A stretch of 64,000 nucleotides of DNA from Candidatus Fermentibacterota bacterium (GCA_963845085.1 CAWJQI010000001.1:64001-128000); one strand, 5' to 3'. Positions 47,998 to 58,084 are shown, counted from the first letter of the stretch. The notes: a model not told the origin generated them from the letters alone. Translations and numbers: made by a program.

Positions 47998-49356
47998 CTA
48001 TCTCAGAAGCAGAAGCTCTTCGCAGTCTGAGTTGGTGCAGGAAGTCAAGCGGACGAAATACAGCCCGGAAGGCAGCGGGTTCCCGGACTGGTCTGCAGCA
48101 TCCCAGAGCATTGACTGCATGCTTTCTCCGGCGTCAACAGACCATTCCCTCAGAATCCTTCCGGCAAGGTCGACAACAGCGAGCTCGGAGCCCGGCTGTC
48201 CCGTGAAAAACTCGATTCGAGCTGCCTGTGTTACGGGATTGGGCGTTATTGACCCGATGCGGAGGTTCCCGGGGCTGACCTGCACACCGGTCTCCCACGT
48301 TGAGACCGCTGGCTCCAGTCTGTTGAGAAAGGCATGTCCGCTACCATACCCTGCAATGATGTACCCGCCGTCACCGGTTTGTGCGATGTCGTGGGTGGCA
48401 CACCCGTCTGGTTCATACGTACCAACCCATTCAACAGTGCCGAGCGAATCGATTTTCATGACAATGACTACTCCATTGCCGCCGGCAACGATGAAGCCGC
48501 CGTCGATTGTCTGAATCAGTTCGCGTGCCGATTCTATTTCAGCGTAGCTGTGCTCCCATATGACATTGCCAAGGGAATCCGTCCTTACTACGTATGAACC
48601 GCCGCACATGATGAATCCGTTGTCGGAAGTTTCCTGAACAGCCTGAAAACGGCCGTATCCAAACGCCCTGCTCCAAAGCCAGTTGCCTGATGCATCAAGA
48701 CGGGCAAGAAGAAACTTGTCGCCCGTGGTGTAGGGAGTTGTTCCCATGTAGCCGACAGCTGCGTAACCATCGCCGCCTGCATGGCAGATCGAGAAGAATT
48801 CGTCGTTGTAGGCGCTGAAGATGATGGTTTTCTGGTACTGCAGCGCGCCGATGGCGTTGGTGAAAAAGATTGCGGCGTCGATATCCGGATTGGTGTTTGT
48901 GTGCCCGCGTCCTGCAACAGTGAAGCCTCCGTCACTGCGTTCAAGAAGGGAGGCTCCGGCCTCGAATAAATAGCCTCCGAATGCCCTGGTCCACAGAAGG
49001 GCTCCATCCGTCGAAACCTTCATGAGCAGAACATCCATGTTCGAGTTCACGTAGGTATAGCCAGTGGTCACGATGCACCCGTCGCCCGTGATAACGTGCT
49101 CGTAGGCAGTGTCATTACCCATCAGCCCAGATTGGCGGGTCCAGACAGTGGCGCCGTCGGCATCGATCCTCGCCACCAATGCATCGGTATTGCTGGCTTC
49201 GCCCAGGTCACCGCTTATGATATATTCCGACATGTAGCTGGTTACTGCCCTGAAACAACGATAGTTATGATAAACAATACTCCAGAGGCTTTCGGGTGGC
49301 TGTGCGCCAACCCTTGAACAGAATGCTGCGAGCAGCAACGGGATGAACGCCTTCAT
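47998..49356 (-). CDS. Secreted beta-propeller-like repeat protein with T9SS/FlgD-Ig C-terminal domain
   Basis: Signal peptide; repeats DG..LWTRAFGG and DGGFIVAG; CTD PNPVT..VDLAGRIL..WDAADQSGNPLPSGLYFVRL. Confidence 0.85.
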   Translation of the reverse strand: MKAFIPLLLAAFCSRVGAQPPESLWSIVYHNYRCFRAVTSYMSEYIISGDLGEASNTDALVARIDADGATVWTRQSGLMGNDTAYEHVITGDGCIVTTGYTYVNSNMDVLLMKVSTDGALLWTRAFGGYLFEAGASLLERSDGGFTVAGRGHTNTNPDIDAAIFFTNAIGALQYQKTIIFSAYNDEFFSICHAGGDGYAAVGYMGTTPYTTGDKFLLARLDASGNWLWSRAFGYGRFQAVQETSDNGFIMCGGSYVVRTDSLGNVIWEHSYAEIESARELIQTIDGGFIVAGGNGVVIVMKIDSLGTVEWVGTYEPDGCATHDIAQTGDGGYIIAGYGSGHAFLNRLEPAVSTWETGVQVSPGNLRIGSITPNPVTQAARIEFFTGQPGSELAVVDLAGRILREWSVDAGESMQSMLWDAADQSGNPLPSGLYFVRLTSCTNSDCEELLLLR

Positions 49357-49460
49357 TGTGCCCCTCCCCTGAACAATAATGCCCAATCAGCATTCAATTC
49401 ATACAGCATTCCATTGTGATGTCAATCAGCGTAACGAATGTTAATCGCCCCCCCCACCCC

Positions 49461-50693
49461 CTACCTCACCAGCACAACCCGGGCCGATGCCTGCTGTTCA
49501 TTGCTTCGCAGTCTTATAAGGTATACGCCCGAGGCGAACCCGGAGCCTTCGGAATCAAGGCAGGCCCATTGGATTGAGTGTTCGCCCTCCGGCGAATCCC
49601 CGATGTCCACGGTTCCGACAAGGCGTCCGCTTGTGTCGTACACCTCAAGTGCTGCCCCGGTGAGCCCCGGCGAATTGAACAGGACGGTAAGCGTGCTGCT
49701 GCACGGATTGGGATGCACCGATGAAATGCTGAGAATGTTCGGAGAAGCGGAACCCGCGATCCCGGTATCCGTGGACTTCACTCCGAGGCTGTGAAGCCCT
49801 CCGCCGGCAAGCGCGACGAAGCTTTCATTGGGTGCGGGAACGTTCAGCTGGCCTCTGTCATTGAGCCCCCATGCTACAATCGATCCGAAGGATTTCAGGC
49901 CGAGGCTGTGCTGCCTTCCGCCCGCCAGGGCCACGAAATCGATGTTCGGTACGGGAACATTGCACTGGCCGTCATCGTTTCTTCCCCAGGCGGTAATTGA
50001 ACCGTCATCCCTCAGCCCGAGGCTGTGCTGGGCGCCAGCCGCAACGGCAATAAAACCCATGTTTGGAGAAGGGACTTCGCACTCGCCGTACATGTTCCTT
50101 CCCCATGCCACGATGGAGCCGTCGGACTTGAGGCCGAGGCTGTGATCGTAACCGGCTGCGATCGCGACGAAACCCTGGTTCGGCTCGGGCACGTTGCACT
50201 GCTCGTAGTAGTTCTGCCCCCAGGCCACGATGGAGCCGTCGGACTTTAGGCCGAGGCTGTGACCCCACCCGCCGGCAACCGCGATGAAGCCGGTGTTGGG
50301 ATATGGAACGCTGGACTGGCCGAACGTGTTGTCACCCCAGGCGACGATTGTTCCGTCCTGTCTGAGACCGAGGCTGTGGTAATTGCCCGAGGCAACCATG
50401 ATGTATCCGGTATTCGGCATGGGAACCTCGGACTGACCCTCGTCGTTCCTGCCCCATGCGGCAATGGAACCGTCCGCCCTGAGGCCAAGACTGTGGTACA
50501 TGCCTGCGGCAACGGCCACAAAACCCTCATTGGGCTCGGGAACCACGCACTGCCCATAATGCGGAAAGCCCGACTGACCTGGACCGCCCGCACCCCAGGC
50601 CACAACCTCGCCGTTGTACAGCCCCGGCGCGGCGCCTGAAACCAGAAGCAAGACCAGGGATGCGGGAAGCATGGAAACCTTGTGATGCCCCAT
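49461..50693 (-). CDS. Secreted RCC1-repeat protein with T9SS/FlgD-Ig C-terminal domain
   Basis: About 7 tandem ~39-aa repeats F.AVAAG..HSLGL..DGSIVAWG.N..GQ..VP.PN; CTD PNPC..VYDTSGRLV..SGVYLIRL. Confidence 0.9.
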   Translation of the reverse strand: MGHHKVSMLPASLVLLLVSGAAPGLYNGEVVAWGAGGPGQSGFPHYGQCVVPEPNEGFVAVAAGMYHSLGLRADGSIAAWGRNDEGQSEVPMPNTGYIMVASGNYHSLGLRQDGTIVAWGDNTFGQSSVPYPNTGFIAVAGGWGHSLGLKSDGSIVAWGQNYYEQCNVPEPNQGFVAIAAGYDHSLGLKSDGSIVAWGRNMYGECEVPSPNMGFIAVAAGAQHSLGLRDDGSITAWGRNDDGQCNVPVPNIDFVALAGGRQHSLGLKSFGSIVAWGLNDRGQLNVPAPNESFVALAGGGLHSLGVKSTDTGIAGSASPNILSISSVHPNPCSSTLTVLFNSPGLTGAALEVYDTSGRLVGTVDIGDSPEGEHSIQWACLDSEGSGFASGVYLIRLRSNEQQASARVVLVR

Positions 50694-51143
50694 TCTCTCC
50701 TCCTTCGGTACCAGTTCACCCACTGCCTGGTATTTGCCGCACCTGGAGCCGCAAGTCAAGAGCTCGCCGGGGGTCTCGGAACAGGGGGAACGCTCGTCAT
50801 CCCGTCGATGACGGGCTCGCTCCTGAAAGCCCGGATGAAACACAAAAGCTTACCCGCAGGAAGGTTTTCCCGGAGAATTGATATTGACCGCAGTGGCTCC
50901 GGGTGATAGTTTTCGGCTGCGATGTGCCTTTCGGGGTGCATCGCAGCCAAGTGTTCGAAAGAGAAGGTTTTGTCGAGGGGAAAGCTTTGTCATCGGACCT
51001 GGTTTCGTGTCAGGGCGGCAGGTTACGGTGATAACGGCGGATTCATGGTGAAAAAGGTGAAGCCCACCCCGGTATGACATGTCATGTTCTTATTACTCAA
51101 TAATGCCTTTGTTTCAAACCGCTTCATAATGAGAGGAAGCTCC

Positions 51144-51542
51144 ATGAGCAACAAGGTAAAAGTCCTGCTGGTGGACGATGACCCCGACTTCATCGAAGCG
51201 CACACGATCGTCCTGGAAGCCAGCGGCTTCGAGGTCATCTCAGCTTCGAGCGGAGCCGAAGGGCTCGCGAGGGTCAGGGATGACAGACCCGACATCGTGA
51301 TCCTCGATGTGATGATGGAAAACACGGACGAGGGGTTTGCCGTCGCCAGGAACATCAGGCGCACCCTCAACAGCGCCGTTCCCATCATCATGCTCACCTC
51401 GGTGGGCAAGGTGACGGGCTACGACTACAAACCTGACGAGCATCCGGATTTCTTCCCCGTCGAGGTCTTCCTCGAGAAGCCTGTCCAGCCTTCCGTTCTT
51501 GTCAGCAGGATCAGGGAACTCACCGGCAAGGGAGGGAACTAG
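51144..51542 (+). CDS. Single-domain response regulator (REC)
   Basis: VLLVDDDPDF, ILDVMME, IIMLTS, FLEKP; coupled to the nuoE-like gene. Confidence 0.92.
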   Translation: MSNKVKVLLVDDDPDFIEAHTIVLEASGFEVISASSGAEGLARVRDDRPDIVILDVMMENTDEGFAVARNIRRTLNSAVPIIMLTSVGKVTGYDYKPDEHPDFFPVEVFLEKPVQPSVLVSRIRELTGKGGN

Positions 51543-52018
51543 TGGCGCGTCCTGTCGCAGAAATAGTGCGCGATGGTGCGAACCGCTGCGGCGCTCTCCG
51601 AAGCAGCGTTCTCATGCTGCTCACGGATGTGAACCGCGAGCTGGGGTTCGTGCCGGACGAGGCGGTCCGCGAGATCGCCAGGGTCTGCGGAACCAACATC
51701 GCAGACGTTCTCGGTGTGGCCACGTTCTATTCCTTCATCTCCCTTGAGCCCCGCGGCAGACATATCATCCGTCTCTGCGAAACGATAAGCTGCGCCATGA
51801 AGGGCGGGCCCGACATCCTCACCGCCATCGAGGAGGAACTCGGGATAAAGGCCGGAGAAACGACCCCCGACGGGCTTATCACGCTTGAAACTACGAGCTG
51901 CCTCGGGCTCTGCGACCAGAGCCCGGCCATGCTGATCGACGACACCCCGCACTCAAGGCTTACCCCGGAAAAAGCCTGTGAGATAGTCCGCGGGCTCAGA
52001 CAGGGAGGAAGGGCATGA
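51542..52018 (+). CDS. nuoE: NuoE/HydC-like [2Fe-2S] subunit
   Basis: GVATFYS, CETISC, CLGLCDQSPAM. Confidence 0.9.
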   Translation: MARPVAEIVRDGANRCGALRSSVLMLLTDVNRELGFVPDEAVREIARVCGTNIADVLGVATFYSFISLEPRGRHIIRLCETISCAMKGGPDILTAIEEELGIKAGETTPDGLITLETTSCLGLCDQSPAMLIDDTPHSRLTPEKACEIVRGLRQGGRA

Positions 52019-53223
52019 AGAGGGAGGTTCTTCTTTCCGTAAACCAGCCCGAACTGGGCGGCGCCCTGCGCAAGGCGCTGGGCATGACGCCTGCCGACGT
52101 AGCGTTCGAGGTCAGGAACGCGAAGCTTCAGGGGCGCGGTGGTGCCGGTTTCCCGGCGGGAGTGAAGTGGGTGCTCGCGGGCGGTGCATCGGGCGCGCAG
52201 AAGTACGTGGTTTGCAACGCTGATGAGGGCGAGCCCGGAACATTCAAGGACAGGATCCTGATCGAAAAGTACTCCGACCGCCTCATCGAGGGCATGACCC
52301 TGGCCGGTTACGCCATCGGCTCCGACAGGGGGCTCATCTATCTCAGGGCCGAGTACCCCTACCTTGTCCCGGTGATCGAGGAGGCCGCCGCGCGAATGCG
52401 GAAGGCCGGGCTGCTCGGAAACGCCATTCTGGGCGGCAAATTCTCTTTCGACATCGAGATCCGCATGGGCGCCGGCGCCTACGTATGCGGTGAGGAGACT
52501 GCACTTCTCGACAGCATGGAGGGCAAGCGCGGCGAACCCCGAAACAAACCGCCATTCCCGGTAAACACCGGCTACCATGGCTGCCCGACCATCATCAACA
52601 ACGTTGAGACCTTTGTAACCGTGCCGCACATAATCCTCAACGGGGCGGACTGGTTCCTCGCGCTCGGCGAGGGAGGCGACTCCGGCACAAAGCTTTTCAG
52701 CATCTCCGGAGACGTTGAGAGACCCGGCGTCTACGAGCTTGCCATGGGCTCGACCATCGGCGAGCTTCTGGACCTCGCGGGCGCGAAGGACGTACAGGCG
52801 ATCCAGGTCGGCGGCGCGAGCGGAAGGACGATAAAGGGAAGCGACACGACCCGTGTCCTCTCCTTCCGAGACCTGCCCCCCGGCGGCAGTGTAATCGTCT
52901 TCAACCACACCCGCGACATGCTGCAGGTGCTCGAGAATTTCATGGAGTTCTTCGTGCACGAATCATGCGGTCAGTGCACGCCCTGCCGCGAGGGCAACCT
53001 TCAGCTCCTCCATGCGGTCGACACCCTCATCGAGGGCGGTTTCTGCTGCAGAAAGTCCCTCGAGGATTTCATGACGCTTGCCGAGGTCATGAGGGGCACG
53101 AGCAAGTGCGGTTTCGGCCAGACCTCATCCAACTGTTTCGTCGACATCGTCCGCGATTTCGTCGACCTTCCGGAAGACTGCGCGAGCAGCGGCGGCTGCT
53201 GCTGCGATGGAGGTGACTCGTGA
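52015..53223 (+). CDS. nuoF: NuoF/HydB-like NADH-binding FMN subunit (short form)
   Basis: GRGGAGFP, CNADEGEPGTFKDR, GAYVCGEETAL, ESCGQCTPCREG..CGFG. Confidence 0.92.
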   Translation: MKREVLLSVNQPELGGALRKALGMTPADVAFEVRNAKLQGRGGAGFPAGVKWVLAGGASGAQKYVVCNADEGEPGTFKDRILIEKYSDRLIEGMTLAGYAIGSDRGLIYLRAEYPYLVPVIEEAAARMRKAGLLGNAILGGKFSFDIEIRMGAGAYVCGEETALLDSMEGKRGEPRNKPPFPVNTGYHGCPTIINNVETFVTVPHIILNGADWFLALGEGGDSGTKLFSISGDVERPGVYELAMGSTIGELLDLAGAKDVQAIQVGGASGRTIKGSDTTRVLSFRDLPPGGSVIVFNHTRDMLQVLENFMEFFVHESCGQCTPCREGNLQLLHAVDTLIEGGFCCRKSLEDFMTLAEVMRGTSKCGFGQTSSNCFVDIVRDFVDLPEDCASSGGCCCDGGDS

Positions 53224-55919
53224 TGCCCAGCATCAACATCAATATCAATGGGAGGGACTTCTCCGTCCGCGAAGGCACAACGATCCTGGGAGCATGCAGT
53301 GAGGCGGGCATCCACATCCCCGTCCTCTGCTACCACCCCAGGCTCAAGATAGCCGGCAACTGCCGTCTTTGCTGCGTCGAGGTCGAGGGCATGAGAACCC
53401 TCCAGCCGGCATGCGTAACCCCCATCACCCCCGGAATGGTGGTCAAAACCGACAGCCCCCGGGTGATGCGGGCAAGGAAGACGATCGTGAACCTTCTGCT
53501 TGCGGCCCACAACTGCGACTGCCTCGTCTGCGAGGCGGCCGGCGCCTGCGAACTTCAGAAGGCCGCCTACGAGCTGGGGCTCGATGTGCGCTCCAGGCAG
53601 TTCTTCACGTTCGATGACGATCTGCCCGAGATAGACGATTCATCGCCGGTGCTGCAGTACGATCTCTCCAAGTGCATCAAGTGCACGCGCTGCATACGTG
53701 CCTGCGGCGAGATCCAGGGCAAGGAGATCATCTCCGCGATCCACCGCAGCGCCGAGGTCAGGGTTGCCGCCGGAATCGAAAGCTGGAGCGACTCCAGGTG
53801 CGACGGCTGCGGGGAGTGCATCCAGATCTGCCCGACGGGCGCTCTCAGCCAGAAATCATCCCCCGGCGTGAGGATCTGGGATGCGAAGAAGGTTCGCACC
53901 AGCTGCGCATACTGCGGGGTCGGCTGCCAGCTCGACATGTGGGTCCACGAAGGCAGGCTGGTGAAGGTCGAGGGCGCCGACATCGTTCCGAACTTCGGTT
54001 CCACCTGCGTAAAGGGCCGTTTCGGCCACGACTTCATCAACAGCGAAGACCGCCTCAAAACCCCCATGATCAGGCGGAACGGCGTTCTCGTCGAGGCCAC
54101 ATGGGATGAGGCTCTCGCCGAGATAGCTTTGAAACTCGGCAAAATACGGGATGAGCACGGTCCCGAGGCTGTGGCCGGGCTTGCGTCGGCAAGGGTTTCC
54201 AACGAGGAGAACTACCTCTTCCAGAAGATGATCCGTGCGGGATTCGGCACCAACAATGTCGACCACTGCGCACGCCTCTGCCACGCTTCCACCGTTGCGG
54301 GGCTCGCTGCCGCATTCGGCTCGGGCGCCATGACGAACTCCATAGCCGAGCTCGAGCATGCTAAGTGCATCCTGGTGACCGGCTCGAACACGACCGAAAC
54401 GCATCCCGTCATCGCGACGGTGATCAGGCGTGCGGTGCGCGAGCACGGTGCGAAGCTGATCGTGGTCGACCCCAGAAGGATAGACCTGGTCGACAATGCA
54501 GCGCTCTGGCTCCGCCAGAGGAACGGCACCGATGTCGCCTGGATGAACGGAATGATGAACGTCATCCTGACCGAGAACCTGCAGAACCAGGACTTCATCG
54601 ACCAGCGCACGGAGGGCTTCGAGGAGTTCCGCAGGGTGATCGAGAAATTCACCCCCGAGAGGGTCGAGGAGATCTCCGGCATCCCTGCGGACAAGCTCAG
54701 GGAGGCCGCAAGACTCTACGCCACCTCCGAAGCCTCGTCGATCATCTACTCCATGGGCATAACCCAGCATATAACCGGCACCGACAACGTCCTCTCTACA
54801 GCAAACCTGGCCATGATCACCGGCCAGATCGGCAAACCCTCGAGCGGCGTCAACCCTCTCCGCGGGCAGAACAACGTTCAGGGTGCATGTGACGTCGGCG
54901 CCCTGCCAAACGTGTACCCCGGCTACCAGAAGGTCAACGATCCGGCGATGCAGGAGAAGTTCGAGAAGGCCTGGGGAAGAAAGCTCTCCCCGAACATCGG
55001 CCTTACGATCATCGAGATGATGAACGCGCTCGAGCACGGCAAGGTCAGGGGAATGATCGTCATGGGCGAAAACCCCATGGTGTCCGACCCCAACCTCACC
55101 CATGTCGAGAAGGCGCTCCGCTCTGCCGAGTTCCTTGTTGTGATGGATATCTTCATGTCCGAAACCGCAGCGATCGCTGACGTGGTCCTCCCGGCAACCT
55201 CCTTCGCCGAGAAGCAGGGCACCTTCACGAACACCGAGCGCAGGGTCATTCTCCTTCGCGAGGTGCTCCCGCCCCCGGGTGAATCACGCCCCGACTGGAA
55301 GATCATCTGCGACCTTTCGACCGCACTCGGGTACCCCATGCACTACTCAAACGCGGCCGAGATCATGGACGAAATAGCCACCGTGACACCCATTTACGGC
55401 GGCATCCATCATCACAGGCTCTCCGAGACGGGTCTCCAGTGGCCGTGCCCCGGCAACGACCACCCCGGAACCGTCTTCCTCCACCGCGACAAGTTCAGCC
55501 GCGGTCTCGGCAAATTCCATCCCGTCGACTTCATCAACCCCGACGAGATGCCCGATGACGAGTATCCCTTCATCCTCTCAACGGGCAGGATTCTCTTCCA
55601 CTACCACACGGGAACGATGTCGAGACGGGTCGACGCGCTCAACGAGTACGTCGGGGAGGGTTACGCCGAGATCCATCCGAAGGACGCCGCACGTCTCGGG
55701 CTTGTGGATGGCGGAAGAGTGCTTGTAGCCACCCGAAGGGGAAGGATCGAAACCAAGGTCATGGCGACCGAACGTGTCGCCGAGGGATCGGTCTTCATTC
55801 CGTTCCACTTCGTCGAGGCGGCTGCGAACATGCTTACGAACGACGCCCTTGATCCGGTTGCGAAGATCCCGGAATTCAAGGTCGCGGCCTGCAGTCTCTC
55901 GAAGGTTGTCAACGGTTGA
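53220..55919 (+). CDS. fdhF: Formate dehydrogenase alpha subunit (Mo/W-bis-PGD), Cys-type, with N-terminal NuoG-like Fe-S domains
   Basis: CRLC, HNCDCLVC, two 4Fe-4S motifs, CAYCGVGC, DHCARLCHASTV, LRGQNNVQG, GTFTNTERR, KIPEFK. Confidence 0.95.
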   Translation: MMPSINININGRDFSVREGTTILGACSEAGIHIPVLCYHPRLKIAGNCRLCCVEVEGMRTLQPACVTPITPGMVVKTDSPRVMRARKTIVNLLLAAHNCDCLVCEAAGACELQKAAYELGLDVRSRQFFTFDDDLPEIDDSSPVLQYDLSKCIKCTRCIRACGEIQGKEIISAIHRSAEVRVAAGIESWSDSRCDGCGECIQICPTGALSQKSSPGVRIWDAKKVRTSCAYCGVGCQLDMWVHEGRLVKVEGADIVPNFGSTCVKGRFGHDFINSEDRLKTPMIRRNGVLVEATWDEALAEIALKLGKIRDEHGPEAVAGLASARVSNEENYLFQKMIRAGFGTNNVDHCARLCHASTVAGLAAAFGSGAMTNSIAELEHAKCILVTGSNTTETHPVIATVIRRAVREHGAKLIVVDPRRIDLVDNAALWLRQRNGTDVAWMNGMMNVILTENLQNQDFIDQRTEGFEEFRRVIEKFTPERVEEISGIPADKLREAARLYATSEASSIIYSMGITQHITGTDNVLSTANLAMITGQIGKPSSGVNPLRGQNNVQGACDVGALPNVYPGYQKVNDPAMQEKFEKAWGRKLSPNIGLTIIEMMNALEHGKVRGMIVMGENPMVSDPNLTHVEKALRSAEFLVVMDIFMSETAAIADVVLPATSFAEKQGTFTNTERRVILLREVLPPPGESRPDWKIICDLSTALGYPMHYSNAAEIMDEIATVTPIYGGIHHHRLSETGLQWPCPGNDHPGTVFLHRDKFSRGLGKFHPVDFINPDEMPDDEYPFILSTGRILFHYHTGTMSRRVDALNEYVGEGYAEIHPKDAARLGLVDGGRVLVATRRGRIETKVMATERVAEGSVFIPFHFVEAAANMLTNDALDPVAKIPEFKVAACSLSKVVNG

Positions 55920-55955
55920 TGGTGCCCAGAAACACTCACAAGGAGAGTAAGAACG

Positions 55956-57279
55956 GTGACTGAACAGAAAAAGACAGTGAACAGGTGGCTTGTGGCCATC
56001 ATGGGGACGGTCCTTCAGATCTGTCTGGGGACCATCTACGCCTGGAGCTTCTTCCAGAACCCCCTCATGGCCTACGCAGGCTGGACCAACCAGCAGGTCG
56101 CATGGATCCTTTCCCTCGCAATCTGCTTCCTCGGACTCTCGGCAGCGGTAGGGGGCACTCTCCTGCCCAAGTTCGGCCCGCGCAAGCTCGCCATCACCGG
56201 CATCCTTCTGTATGCCCTCGGCTGGGTCATCGGTGGAATGGCCCTGGGGATGAAGAGCCTGCCTCTCCTCTACATCGGCTTGGGCGCCATCGGCGGCATC
56301 GGCCTCGGCCTCGGCTATGTGACGCCGGTTGCCACGGCCGCCAAGTGGTTCCCCGACAAGAAGGGTTTCATCACCGGCATGGTCGTCATGGGCTTCGGCC
56401 TTGGCGCACTTCTGATGAGCAAGGTGATCGCCCCCGTGTTCGTTGACGCCTTCACCACCACTCCCGCCGGCGGCGGCGACCCCGTCACCGCATGGCCTTC
56501 GGTCTTCTACTTCATCGCACTTGCCCTTGGAGTTCCGGGGCTCATCGCGGCATCGATCATGCAGAACCCCGTGGCGGGCTTCGTGCCCGCAGGCTGGAAA
56601 CCCTCCGTGGCCGAATCCGCAGCCAATGCAACGATCCCCGTCCAGCCCCGCCCGTGCGTTCTCTCGAAGAGGTTCGCCCTCATGTGGGTCTATCTTCTTC
56701 TGCAACATCACGGCCGGGATCATGTTCATCGGCTTCCAGTCCCCCCTTCTCCAGGACCTTCTCAAGCTCGAGGATCCCGGCATGGCTCCCGCAGCCCTTG
56801 CAGCAGCTGGCGCGACCCTCATCGGTATCAGCTCGCTGTTCAACGGCATCGGCCGCTTCTTCTGGGGCGGCATCTCCGACAAGATCGGCCGCACCCAGAC
56901 CTTCAGGCTGCTTCTCGGAACCCAGATCCTCGTTTTTGTGGCGCTTGTGTTCATCAAGAGCCCCATCCTCTTCAGCGTCTTCGTCTGCTACATCCTGCTG
57001 TGCTACGGCGGCGGCTTCGGAACAGCGCCCTCTTTCGTGATGACCGTGTTCGGCAGCAAGGTAATGGCCGTTGTGTACGGCTGCCTGCTCACGGCCTGGT
57101 CGATGGCCGGCATAGTGGGACCCCAGGTCGCGGCACGCATCAAGGACTCCTTCCCCGCCGATCCCATGAAGGCGGCTTCCACCACATTCCTCGTGGGCGC
57201 CGGGTTCCTGACTCTCGGCTTCATTGTTTCCCTGTTCGTGAACAACAAGCCCTTTGCAGCAACCTGCAAAAAGGCCTGA
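55956..57279 (+). CDS. OFA-family (oxalate/formate antiporter) MFS transporter, frameshift near 56691
   Basis: LGTIYAWS, GGIGLGLGYVTPV..KWFPDKKGFITG in the first frame; IFFCNITAG, FNGIGRFFWGGISDKIGR, CYGGGFG in the second frame. Confidence 0.88.
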
Positions 57280-57293
57280 TCCTGAAACCTGCT

Positions 57294-57317
57294 CCGGGGG
57301 ACCTGCGGGTCCCCCGG
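57294..57317 (+). terminator. GC hairpin between the OFA transporter and fdhD (terminator or stabiliser)
   Basis: CCGGGGGACC-TGCG-GGTCCCCCGG; no strong U-tract. Confidence 0.45.
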
Positions 57318-57379
57318 CCCCCCTTCACGGTGCAAACCACTCCCCAGCCGGCTTTCAGCCGGGTGACCAAAACGATCGG

Positions 57380-58084
57380 ATGGCGATGCATCCCACCGCT
57401 TCGAGAGACATCCTGACACTGCGGGCCGGAATGGTCGAACGCCACTCCGATGTGCTGGTGCAGCAGATCAGCCGCACCTTCATCGTGAACGGTTCACCGG
57501 CTGGGGTGTCCGTGTGCAGCCCCGGCGATGCGGAAAACCACTGTCTGGGTTTTCTTCTGACCGAAGGCCTCCTTGCGCCCGGCGAGTCTCCGCTTTCAAT
57601 GCGGATAGATGGCGAGGATGCAAGCGTGGTTCTGCGCGACCGGACCGAACCCCTGCCCCCGCTTCCGGTGACCTCCGACCTGGTCATCCCGGTGGGAGCG
57701 CTTCTCAAAATGACCGCATTGGCAGCCGGACTTTCCGAAATCCACAAGACAACCGGGGGAACCCATTCAGCCTGCATCTTTTTCGAGGGTGCACCGCGGT
57801 GCCACTTCGAGGATATCAGCAGGAGCGCGGCATTCGAGAAAGCAGCAGGGGCAGCTGCGGCCGCGGGAATCCCGCTCGATCGCTCCATGCTCTGCCTTTC
57901 ATCCAGGGTGCCCGAGGGTTTCATCCACAAGGCTGCGCGGGCTCGCATCCCCATAATCTCCGCAGTATCGGCGCCCACCCTTCAGGCGGCGGAAGAAGCT
58001 GACAGGCTCGGCATATGCCTCTGCGGTTTCGTCCGGGGTTCCAGGGCCAACATCTATTCCTGCCCCTATCGGGTCGGATCATGA
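57380..58084 (+). CDS. fdhD: FdhD-family formate dehydrogenase accessory protein (atypical)
   Basis: LGFLLTEGL, TGGTHSA, EDISR, SSR, SAPT..A, GFVRG..NIY. Confidence 0.85.
   Translation: MAMHPTASRDILTLRAGMVERHSDVLVQQISRTFIVNGSPAGVSVCSPGDAENHCLGFLLTEGLLAPGESPLSMRIDGEDASVVLRDRTEPLPPLPVTSDLVIPVGALLKMTALAAGLSEIHKTTGGTHSACIFFEGAPRCHFEDISRSAAFEKAAGAAAAAGIPLDRSMLCLSSRVPEGFIHKAARARIPIISAVSAPTLQAAEEADRLGICLCGFVRGSRANIYSCPYRVGS

Noticed and set aside
49780..50620. Regularly spaced ~117-bp DNA repeats resembling an array
   Set aside because: These are RCC1 coding repeats, not CRISPR or a DGR; no cas or reverse transcriptase genes.
50700..51140. Possible Moco/W riboswitch upstream of the FDH operon
   Set aside because: I could not identify the conserved structure by eye; an Rfam search is needed.
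56692..57416. C-terminal half of the 486-aa ORF 55956..57416
   Set aside because: Out-of-frame read-through after the frameshift; the true MFS C-terminus is in the frame ending at 57279.
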